Assembly: GCA_963787195.1 (NCBI GenBank)
Contig: CAWBCI010000042.1
Location: 18,990-82,989 of the forward strand
From: an uncultured Bacteroidales bacterium
GTDB taxonomy: Bacteria; Bacteroidota; Bacteroidia; Bacteroidales; JAGOPY01
Reading direction: 5' to 3'
Length of the DNA stretch: 64,000 nt
A program made the position numbers and the translations under genes. Positions 28,486 through 37,038 of the stretch are shown in pieces. The notes under the pieces were generated by a model. That model ran no database searches, had not been told where the DNA came from, and worked only from the letters and a program-made list of their open reading frames with translations. Within the stretch, counting starts at the first letter, position 1, and each line of letters begins with the position of its first letter.

Positions 28486-29223
28486 TTGAAAGAGAAAGTC
28501 ATTCTGAACTGGAGCGGGGGAAAGGATTCGGCCCTGGCACTTTACAGGATCATGGAAAGTCAACAATACGATATTATGTGCCTGCTGACCACCCTGAGTG
28601 AGGAGTACCGGAGGGTGTCCATGCATGGGGTCAGGCTGGAATTGCTGGAGGCACAGGCGGAAAGTACCGGTCTTCCACTTATAAAGATTTTCCTGCCCGA
28701 AATGCCCGATATGGCAACTTACGAAAATGCCATGACTTCGACATTGAAGGCTCTGAGGGCCAAAGGAGCCAGCGCATCGGTATTCGGCGATATTTTTCTT
28801 GAAGACTTGAGAAAATACAGGGAAGATAAGCTGGAAGACCTGGATTTAAAAGCACTCTTTCCCCTATGGAAATTGCCTACCACTGAGCTCATCCACGAAT
28901 TCATCAACCTGGGTTTCAAGACCATCGTCACTTGTGTAAGTGAAAAACACCTGGATAAGAGTTTTGCGGGCCGGATTATTGATCATGATTTTTTACTGGA
29001 TTTGCCTGAGGATGTTGATCCCTGCGGCGAAAACGGTGAATTTCATACCTTCGTTTTCGACGGCCCCATTTTTAAAAAGCCAATTTCTTTCGAAAAGGGA
29101 GAACTTGTGTACCGTAAATACAAACCCACCGGTAATGAGGATAATGCTGCCGGCGCCCTGTTTGACAGTGGTTTCTGGTATTGCGATTTAATGCTGAATG
29201 AAAAGGAATCCGGGATCATTTAA
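28486..29223 (+). CDS. PP-loop ATP pyrophosphatase, Dph6/MJ0570-related
   Basis: 245 aa; SGGKDS PP-loop near the N-terminus; TTG start. Confidence 0.7.
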   Translation: MKEKVILNWSGGKDSALALYRIMESQQYDIMCLLTTLSEEYRRVSMHGVRLELLEAQAESTGLPLIKIFLPEMPDMATYENAMTSTLKALRAKGASASVFGDIFLEDLRKYREDKLEDLDLKALFPLWKLPTTELIHEFINLGFKTIVTCVSEKHLDKSFAGRIIDHDFLLDLPEDVDPCGENGEFHTFVFDGPIFKKPISFEKGELVYRKYKPTGNEDNAAGALFDSGFWYCDLMLNEKESGII

Positions 29224-29372
29224 GATTAATTTTGATTATGTTGAACAAGGGGGTCTACCTGTATCAGGAACCCAATAAGGAGTATTTTAATTATTATTTA
29301 AAGGATATTTAATAGAAGATTTATAAGTTTGAGCTTTAAATTCATATCCAAAATAGTTTCCTATTCCCCAAA

Positions 29373-29576
29373 ATGGCAAAGTATATGAAAGGTCAGAACC
29401 TAAGTGATATCAAAGCAGGTGACGAAGTAGGGATAGTATTGAAAAAAGACCAGGATGATGGCAATATCACTTATGGTATAGTTCAGAATATCCTCACAAA
29501 AAGTTCATATCATCCGTATGGAATAAAGGTGAGGCTGACTTCCGGTGAAGTCGGCAGGGTTAAAATAATTAAATAA
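29373..29576 (+). CDS. YwbE-like small protein (DUF2196)
   Basis: 67 aa; IKAGDEVGIVLKKDQ...HPYGIKVRL..GEVGRV pattern typical of YwbE. Confidence 0.7.
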   Translation: MAKYMKGQNLSDIKAGDEVGIVLKKDQDDGNITYGIVQNILTKSSYHPYGIKVRLTSGEVGRVKIIK

Positions 29577-29590
29577 ACCGGTATGGCTTT

Positions 29591-30061
29591 ATGAAAGCGG
29601 CGTCCTTAAAAGAAATCAAAACAGAACTTGAAACATTGAATCCCAAAAGGGTGCGGGAGCTTTGTATTCGGATGGCTAAGTACAGAAAGGAGAATAAAGA
29701 ATTGCTTACATATCTTTTATTTGAAGCTTACGATGAAAAGCAATACATCCTGGAAGTAAAATCACAGATTGACGGATTATTTAAGGAAATAAATAAAAGC
29801 AATTCCTACCTGGCGAAAAAAAGTATCCGGAAAATACTCAGGATCACGAATAAATACATTAAATATTCGGGATTAAAGCAAACTGAAGTTGAATTGTTGA
29901 TACATTTCCTCAAAGCCTTAAAAATGTCGGGAATTCCCCTGACTCCCAATACGGCCCTTGGAAACATTAACAGCAGGCTGTTCGTTAGAATTGACAAAGC
30001 ATTGTCGGCCCTGCATGAAGACTTGCAGTATGATTATTCTGAAGAAATCCGTCTTATATGA
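29591..30061 (+). CDS. Hypothetical helical protein
   Basis: 156-aa ORF with coding-like composition. No family recognised with confidence. Confidence 0.5.
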   Translation: MKAASLKEIKTELETLNPKRVRELCIRMAKYRKENKELLTYLLFEAYDEKQYILEVKSQIDGLFKEINKSNSYLAKKSIRKILRITNKYIKYSGLKQTEVELLIHFLKALKMSGIPLTPNTALGNINSRLFVRIDKALSALHEDLQYDYSEEIRLI

Positions 30062-30291
30062 AACAAATGCCGGGACATAGTACTCCTTTTTACGATTTCC
30101 CTGGAGAGCATTATTTTACAAAGAACCCGGAAGGCTTTGTAAAATTCATAGTTGAACCCATATGGACAGTTTCTCTTAAAGAAAAATATATAGCTGATGC
30201 TGATCAATTTGAAAATGTTTTTGAAAATAGCATTAAAAATGCCGGGGATATGATATGCCGAAACCCAATTCAAAGGATCAATACATTTTGA
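30058..30291 (+). pseudogene. Fragment paralogous to the middle of the 31012..32550 protein
   Basis: STPFYDFPGEHYFTKNPEGFVKFIVEPIWTVSLKEKYIADADQFENVFENSIKNAGD aligns with TSFTDFLGNLYFTQNLDDSVKLKIEPIHAVSLKEKDIAEFDQFEKVFENAFKSTGD. The fragment lacks both the N- and C-terminal domains. Confidence 0.55.
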
Positions 30292-30394
30292 AATGAAAGA
30301 CGAACATTATATCTTGCTCCCGATTATCGTTTATGAAAAGTTTCAAGGGGGAAAGTGAAAAAGATCATAATTATATAGTTTAATTTAATATTCG

Positions 30395-30925
30395 ATGTGG
30401 GAAACTGAATTTATAATTGCTAAGCAAACTATAGATAGGAAAGTTATTATTATTGTGTCTTTGTTTCTTTTGAATATTGCATTTTTTAAGTTGAATACAT
30501 TATTTCATTTTATACCCAATAAGGATAATTTATCTTATTTGCTGATATGGATAATTATAATGTTGGCCTTACCTTTTTACTTGATTTTTTTCAGTAAAAA
30601 TTATCGCAATATCGGAAGTCTTTTTTTGAGTCCTACCGAATTCCGTTTGGAATATGCCAATAGGAGTGAACAATTTTCACTTAATGAAATGAAATATCTT
30701 GAACTTTTTTACAGGGGTACAAATGAGGACACCCAAATTCGGAACATGAGACGTTTTGATTTTTTGGGCGGTTCTGGGAATATCCTGGAATTCGATTATA
30801 GAAATGAAAATTATAAGATTGATATTGTATTTGAAAAAATGAAAGATTATAACAACTTAGTGGATTTATTTAATGAAATAGAGAAAAGAACGGGTTTTAA
30901 GCCGAAAATAATAAACAGGCTTTAA
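30395..30925 (+). CDS. Hypothetical membrane protein (two TM helices plus a soluble C-terminal domain)
   Basis: 176-aa ORF in a very AT-rich stretch. No family recognised. Confidence 0.45.
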   Translation: MWETEFIIAKQTIDRKVIIIVSLFLLNIAFFKLNTLFHFIPNKDNLSYLLIWIIIMLALPFYLIFFSKNYRNIGSLFLSPTEFRLEYANRSEQFSLNEMKYLELFYRGTNEDTQIRNMRRFDFLGGSGNILEFDYRNENYKIDIVFEKMKDYNNLVDLFNEIEKRTGFKPKIINRL

Positions 30926-31011
30926 AGCTTCAGCCTTAATCCTTATTAAATTAATATTCATAAAGAAACAGTTAGATACAATAAGTAAATTATTAATAAA
31001 GTACGATAGAC

Positions 31012-32550
31012 ATGCGCCTCAGAATTTCTTTATTAACAATGATAATCCTGCTTTCCTTTGGAAGGCTATTGGCCCAAACCGCTGAAAACACATCAATTCA
31101 GGGTCCGGCAGCTAAGCATGAACTCAAAGGCCAGCTTTTAGACAGCGATACACAAAGCCCCCTTCCTTACGGAAATATTTACGTACTCCACAAAAACCGC
31201 GGGGGTATCAGCAATGAGAGCGGTTATTATTCAATTGATATTAACGGTTTACATGAAAACGATACGGTCCGTTTCCAATACCTCGGTTATGAAGCCCGCA
31301 ACCTGTGCATAGCTGAAGCTGAAAATGACTCCATCATCTTCTTAAAACAAGACTTTTTAAACCTGAATGAAACCCTCATTTACGGGAATCCGCCGGACCC
31401 TGAATTCATCGTTAAAAAAATCCTGGAAAATAAAGATTCCAATTACCGGAAGACGGGCAGTAAAAAGCAAGCTTTCATCCGTCAAAGGGATATTTCCGAT
31501 ATGAACAATTTCAAGCTCAATTATAAAAAAAGCAGCATCGACGGTTTAGATGAAAAGATGCTGAAAAAGGTAGAAGAGAAAATACCGAGGCATTCCACTT
31601 CATTTACCGATTTCCTTGGGAACCTGTATTTTACTCAAAACCTGGATGATTCCGTAAAACTGAAGATTGAGCCCATTCATGCCGTATCACTCAAAGAGAA
31701 GGATATAGCGGAATTCGATCAATTTGAGAAGGTCTTTGAGAATGCATTTAAAAGCACGGGAGATAAAGAATACTGGAAAATCAAAACCGGGATTTTCGGG
31801 ACCAAAATAGATCAGTCCGATATGAATAATGATACAATCAAGGACAGCCTGCCCGATAATCAAAGGAATCTGAAATATTTCAGCGGCAATATGCAATCCC
31901 AGCTTTATTTCAGTTCACTTAATGGTAAAGACGATTGGGAATTCCTCTATAAAACCGGAAGATATAATTATAAGCTGGTGGGAGGGACCAGTGTAAATGG
32001 GGAGGATGTTTATATCATTGACTTCAGTCCCAGGAGCAGCGGGATGTATATTGGCAGGATCTACGTTTCAGCCGGCACTTATGCCCTGCTCAGGGCCGAT
32101 TACGAGTACGCCCCCGGAAAAACCGGCAGGGATATTCATCTCTTAGGAGTGGGTTATACCGAAACCCAGTTCAGCGGATCCATCTATTTTGAAAGGAAAA
32201 ATGACAATTATGAACTGAAATATTTCTCAAAGAAAGCGGGGGCAACTGTGAGTTTTGACAGGAACATTGCCTTGTTAAAAAAGAGAAAGAGGACCTTTTT
32301 TGATAAGACCCTCAATGAATTTAAAGTTGGGCTGGATATTAAGGTTGACGAGGAATCATCTTACGAATACCTGGTACTGGATGAAGGATCTCTGACAGAG
32401 CCGCAATTTCAGGACTTTAAACAGCCCGAAAATATGGAGGTAATTTATGTGGATCAGTTTGACGATAATTTATGGAAGGGTTATTCAATAATTGAACCCG
32501 TCGAACGCATGAAGGAATATAAAAAGCAAAAAGTAGATTATACGGAATAA
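31012..32550 (+). CDS. Secreted protein with N-terminal carboxypeptidase-regulatory-like domain
   Basis: 512 aa; signal peptide; LKGQLLDSDTQSPLPYGNIYV...GYYSI CarboxypepD_reg-type beta-sandwich. Confidence 0.6.
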   Translation: MRLRISLLTMIILLSFGRLLAQTAENTSIQGPAAKHELKGQLLDSDTQSPLPYGNIYVLHKNRGGISNESGYYSIDINGLHENDTVRFQYLGYEARNLCIAEAENDSIIFLKQDFLNLNETLIYGNPPDPEFIVKKILENKDSNYRKTGSKKQAFIRQRDISDMNNFKLNYKKSSIDGLDEKMLKKVEEKIPRHSTSFTDFLGNLYFTQNLDDSVKLKIEPIHAVSLKEKDIAEFDQFEKVFENAFKSTGDKEYWKIKTGIFGTKIDQSDMNNDTIKDSLPDNQRNLKYFSGNMQSQLYFSSLNGKDDWEFLYKTGRYNYKLVGGTSVNGEDVYIIDFSPRSSGMYIGRIYVSAGTYALLRADYEYAPGKTGRDIHLLGVGYTETQFSGSIYFERKNDNYELKYFSKKAGATVSFDRNIALLKKRKRTFFDKTLNEFKVGLDIKVDEESSYEYLVLDEGSLTEPQFQDFKQPENMEVIYVDQFDDNLWKGYSIIEPVERMKEYKKQKVDYTE

Positions 32551-32652
32551 AGATTTTCTTAACCTGCCCCTTGAACCTGGCCAGGTCATATAGCCGGTAA
32601 ACCATCCAATAATTATTGCTCATTGTTTAATTAATTAATCAGATTTTATTAA

Positions 32653-32934
32653 TTATTTTCTTCCTTTTTGCTCAACAGTAAAGGGCCCAAACTTGAATCT
32701 TACCGGAAAATCCTGGCAGCTTTCAGGAATAAATTTGATTATTGTAAAGTTGCCTTCTTTTACAGTATGGATTCTAATAAAGTAAGGGAGGGAAAATTTG
32801 AAGGAATCTTTCTCAACGACAGTCTCCAGCCTGATCCTTCCATCAAAACAGATAGATCCGCACCCATATTTACTGCAGAGTTTGGCTCTGTTGGCCCTGA
32901 AACGACAAAACATATAAGCAGGTTTTTCCACCAT
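32653..32934 (-). CDS. Hypothetical 93-aa Cys-rich protein (strand uncertain)
   Basis: ATG-initiated ORF convergent with the upstream gene. A fully overlapping + strand ORF (32668..32940) starts only at TTG. No homology recognised. Confidence 0.3.
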   Translation of the reverse strand: MVEKPAYMFCRFRANRAKLCSKYGCGSICFDGRIRLETVVEKDSFKFSLPYFIRIHTVKEGNFTIIKFIPESCQDFPVRFKFGPFTVEQKGRK

Positions 32935-33594
32935 TTCTGAAAGGAAAATATTTTACTAAATAATAATGCTGCAAAAAGCAAGCAGATTCCTCGCTGCGCC
33001 CCAGGTCCCTAGTTCCTATATACATCGTAATCCCGAAAGAAGTGAAGGATATGGTTAATATTTTGAATATAAGGACATTGAGTTTACAAACTTTCTTATT
33101 GGCAAGCCCACATTTAAAAGTTATCGAAATTTTCTAAAAAGATATTAACAATTTAATTTTTTTATCATTATAAGTGCTTGTTAGTTAGAAAAGACGTATC
33201 TTTATACTCGTTAATAACTTGTCAAAAAGCTATTAAGTTTTTAAGCCAGCCGTCCGTAAGTTTATAAATCACAGTTTAGGTGTAACTCTATGGTGAGAAA
33301 GCACGTATCAGTCACCATGATTGATATTTGTTTTACTGACCCATCATAAGACAAGCAGGTCAATTAGCTTGACTTATAATGGTTAGGGATCTCAAACCAA
33401 AATTATAAAGATCATGGATGGTTTTTTGAATGGCCCAGTCTATACATTTTCCAGGTTTAGCCTATACCTTATTTATCCCTTTTTTTTTGTGATTCATATT
33501 ACTATTTCAGTTAATACTGATTAGATAGTGTAAATATGTCCAAACATAAAGATATGATTGAAATTACAAGTTCTGATAGGAACCAAACTAATAC

Positions 33595-36500
33595 ATGGCC
33601 TATAAGGAAAAAATAAAAGAAACCTGCATATCGCCCAATTACGGGTATTTCAATACCACACCCGTGAATCGCAGCCTCTCTTGGCCTTCCCTGAGAAGCG
33701 TGCCCGCTGTTTTAATATCCATAATTCATCATTTCAAGCTTCGCCTGGTTTTTCTTTTTCCCCTTCTCATCATCCTGGCAATAAATCTTAAAGCGCAGGA
33801 ATCCATCAGTTTGAACTGGCCTTTAACTTATAATGATCAGTCTGTACCTCCTTCCATTTTAGCGCAGACCGGCTTTTCTACCGGTAACTCTGTTGACAAA
33901 GTTTACTTTGATTTCACGAATGGGGTTATGGCCACCGGCTGGAATTCCCCAAGTTTTAATCCGAACGCCTATTATCAATATCTAATAGCACCGGAGGAAG
34001 GAATAAGCCTGACCCTCAATAGAATAAAGCTTGAAGTTTGCCTGAGTGGCGGAGAGATGCATACCATGGCAAAATATTCAACGGACGGTTTCCGGACTGA
34101 AGGCCAGGCGATGGGGCAGCCTTTATTTTTCTATACTACGACACCCAGTCCCCTGGAACTGTCTGCCCATACTACCGTCACTTATCCCGATACTCTCAGC
34201 ATACGCATTTACGCATGGGGTGCCAATGACCGCCAGGTATATTTTAATAATCGTAATGTCAGGATCCAAGCCATAGCAAACATTATGAGTTTGCCAACGA
34301 AGTCAGATAACACCCCCTTATTAGCAGCCGACTCAGTAGAAAAGCCGGTTTATGATGAGGGGAATAACGGATCGAGAGGAATAGGGGAATATTTTACCCC
34401 AGGTACTTATACATGGGTAATTCCCGATGGAGTGACCTGTATAAAAGTTGAGTGCTGGGGTGCCGGTGGCGGCGGTGGTGGCGCACGCTATGGACACGGT
34501 GGCGGTGGCGGTGGTGGAGCCTTCAACCGGGCGACAATTTTTGTAAACGCGGGCGAAACTTATACTATTACCGTTGGCGCTGGAGGATTGTCCTCCCCGG
34601 GTGCGAATGGCAGCGATGGAGATATATCTGAAGTCACCGGGCCAGGAGGTTCAGTTACTGCAAATGGTGGATCTGGCGGATTAAGAGGGCTTTTTGGAAA
34701 TGGTTATGGAGGTTCAGGAGGTGGAGGCATTTTTGATGGCGGCGACGGCGGAAGGTCCTTTGGCAATGGAGCAGGAGGCGGAGGTGGAGCCGGAAACAAT
34801 GGAAACGGAAATGACGGAAGTAATACAGCAGCTGGTCTAGGTGGTGTAGGCATTCCCAATATTCCTCCCTATGCAGGCGGCGATGGCGGTAATTATATAA
34901 CCGCTAATAATATTGATGGAGATCCTGGCCATAGCCCTGCAGGAGGCGGAGGAGGTGCGACTTCGACTAGTTTTATTCATAATCAGCTTGGTGGATTTGG
35001 CGGAGATGGTCAGGTAATCATAACTTATATTGATCTCTTCGATATTAGTCCTCTTAACTCTAGTTATTGTTTTGGAGATATCGTTACTATCGGCCTTTCA
35101 GGTTCCGAAACAGGGGTCACTTATCAGCTTAACCTTGATGGCAGTCCTGTTGGAAGTTCTATTCCAGGCGATGATAACCCGATTTCTTTTGGTGATCAAA
35201 CACTCGCAGGAACTTATACTGTTGAAGCTTCTCTGGATAACAGCAGCTGTACCATGCTTATGAATGGCACAGTGGTAATTAATGACTTGCCTGTAGTAAG
35301 CTGCCCTGCTGATTTTGGCGTTTGCATTGATGCAGCTGCCTTTGCACTTACAGGTGCCACCCCTACCGGAGGAACATATAGCGGACCTGGTGTCAGCGGC
35401 GGGGACTTCAGTCCCTCAATAGCCGGAGCCGGAACCCACACCATCACTTACACTTATACGGATTCCAATGGATGCACAGATTCTTGCAGCTTCATCATCA
35501 CTGTTAATCCTTTACCGGTAGTCACATGTCCGGCAGATTTTGGCGTTTGCATTGATGCGGCTGCTTTCACACTTAACGGTGGCACACCAGCCGGAGGAAC
35601 ATACAGCGGTCCGGGGATAAGTGCCGGGGTCTTTACACCATCCCTTGCAGGTGTCGGAACACAAAATATTACTTATACTTATACTGATGCAAACGGATGT
35701 ACCAATTACTGCACTTTCAATATCATAGTCAACTCACTTCCAAATGTTGCTATAACTCCTGATCCGGCAGTACTTTGCGCCGACGGTTCCCTGAATCTGA
35801 ACGGAAATCCAAGCGGAGGCAGCGGTACTTATGTTACTCACCTTTGGACCGGAACAGGAGCTACATACCTGAGTGCAACGAATATTGTCGATCCGGTATT
35901 CAGCGGTGCAGCTGCAGGAACATATGATCTTACTTACACCGTAACTGATGATAATGGATGTAGCGGTTCCGATAACCTTACAATTACGGTTAACTCGCTG
36001 CCATCGGCCAGTATAACACCCGACCCGGCTGCACTTTGTTCCGATGGATCACTGAATATGAACGGAAATCCAAGCGGAGGCAGCGGTACTTATGTAACTC
36101 ACCTTTGGACCGGTACAGGAGCTGCATACCTGAGTGCACCGGATATTGTCAATCCGGTATTCAGCGGAGCCGCTGCCGGTACATATGATCTGACTTACAC
36201 AGTTACTGATGATGAAGGATGCAGTGGCTCAGATAATATTACTGTTACTGTAAACCCACTACCTTCAGCAAGTATAACACCCGATCCGGCTGTACTGTGC
36301 GCCGATGGCTCCCTGAACCTGAACGGGAATCCAAGCGGCGGCAGCGGTACTTATGTAGCTCACCTTTGGACCGGTACAGGAGCTGCATATCTGAGTGGCA
36401 CCGATATTGTCAATCCGGTATTCAGCGGGGCTGCTGCAGGAACTTACGATCTTACCTATAACGTTACCGATGATGAAGGATGTAGTGGCTCTGATAACAT

Positions 36501-37038
36501 TACCGTTACTGTAAATCCACTTCCTTCAGCCAGTATAATACCCGATCCGGCGGTTCTATGTGCCGATGGGTCGCTCAACTTGAATGGAAATCCGTTTGGG
36601 GGCAGCGGAACATATATTACACACCTTTGGACCGGAACAGGTGCTGCCTATCTCAGTGCAACTGATATTGTAAATCCAGTATTCAGCGGTGCTGCTGCCG
36701 GAACTTACGATCTTACCTATAACGTTACCGATGATGAAGGATGTAGTGGCTCTGATAACATTACCGTTACCGTAAATCCATTACCTTCAGCAAGTATAAC
36801 ACCTGATCCGGCGGTTCTATGTGCCGATGCATCGCTAAACTTGAATGGAAATCCTGTTGGGGGCAGCGGGACATACATTACTCACCTCTGGACAGGAACC
36901 GGGGCCGCTTATTTGAGTGCAACGAATATTGTTGATCCGGTATTCAGCGGGGCTGCTGCAGGAACTTACGATCTTACCTATATCGTTACCGATGATGAAC
37001 GGATGTACAGGGTCGGATGTTATTACTGTAACCGTTAA
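33595..37038 (+). CDS. Giant surface adhesin, segment 1 of 5 (signal-like helix, glycine-rich domain, Ig/PKD-like repeats)
   Basis: Hydrophobic LVFLFPLLIILAINLKAQ. Glycine-rich block (CWGAGGGGGGARYGHGGGGGGGAF...). Then 75-aa and 87-aa Cys-containing modules. The frame is lost at about 36997 through an extra base (gatgatgaaCggatgt versus gatgatgaaggatgt in earlier repeats). Confidence 0.75.
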   Translation: MAYKEKIKETCISPNYGYFNTTPVNRSLSWPSLRSVPAVLISIIHHFKLRLVFLFPLLIILAINLKAQESISLNWPLTYNDQSVPPSILAQTGFSTGNSVDKVYFDFTNGVMATGWNSPSFNPNAYYQYLIAPEEGISLTLNRIKLEVCLSGGEMHTMAKYSTDGFRTEGQAMGQPLFFYTTTPSPLELSAHTTVTYPDTLSIRIYAWGANDRQVYFNNRNVRIQAIANIMSLPTKSDNTPLLAADSVEKPVYDEGNNGSRGIGEYFTPGTYTWVIPDGVTCIKVECWGAGGGGGGARYGHGGGGGGGAFNRATIFVNAGETYTITVGAGGLSSPGANGSDGDISEVTGPGGSVTANGGSGGLRGLFGNGYGGSGGGGIFDGGDGGRSFGNGAGGGGGAGNNGNGNDGSNTAAGLGGVGIPNIPPYAGGDGGNYITANNIDGDPGHSPAGGGGGATSTSFIHNQLGGFGGDGQVIITYIDLFDISPLNSSYCFGDIVTIGLSGSETGVTYQLNLDGSPVGSSIPGDDNPISFGDQTLAGTYTVEASLDNSSCTMLMNGTVVINDLPVVSCPADFGVCIDAAAFALTGATPTGGTYSGPGVSGGDFSPSIAGAGTHTITYTYTDSNGCTDSCSFIITVNPLPVVTCPADFGVCIDAAAFTLNGGTPAGGTYSGPGISAGVFTPSLAGVGTQNITYTYTDANGCTNYCTFNIIVNSLPNVAITPDPAVLCADGSLNLNGNPSGGSGTYVTHLWTGTGATYLSATNIVDPVFSGAAAGTYDLTYTVTDDNGCSGSDNLTITVNSLPSASITPDPAALCSDGSLNMNGNPSGGSGTYVTHLWTGTGAAYLSAPDIVNPVFSGAAAGTYDLTYTVTDDEGCSGSDNITVTVNPLPSASITPDPAVLCADGSLNLNGNPSGGSGTYVAHLWTGTGAAYLSGTDIVNPVFSGAAAGTYDLTYNVTDDEGCSGSDNITVTVNPLPSASIIPDPAVLCADGSLNLNGNPFGGSGTYITHLWTGTGAAYLSATDIVNPVFSGAAAGTYDLTYNVTDDEGCSGSDNITVTVNPLPSASITPDPAVLCADASLNLNGNPVGGSGTYITHLWTGTGAAYLSATNIVDPVFSGAAAGTYDLTYIVTDDERMYRVGCYYCNR
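35731..37035 (+). repeat. Five tandem 261-bp (87-aa) near-identical coding repeats
   Basis: Units start at 35731, 35992, 36253, 36514 and 36775, each N(S/P)LP.A.ITPDPAVLCADGSLNLNGNPSGGSGTY.THLWTGTGA.YLSA..IV.PVFSGAAAGTYDLTY.VTDD.GCSGSDN.T.TV. Confidence 0.9.

Noticed and set aside
32668-32940. 90-aa + strand ORF as the real gene at 32.65-32.94 kb.
   Set aside because: It starts only with TTG, and its first ATG is 33 codons in. It completely overlaps an ATG-initiated minus-strand ORF that is convergent with the upstream gene and shares a palindrome (ACCTGGCCAGGT) as a possible terminator. I keep the minus-strand call, at low confidence.
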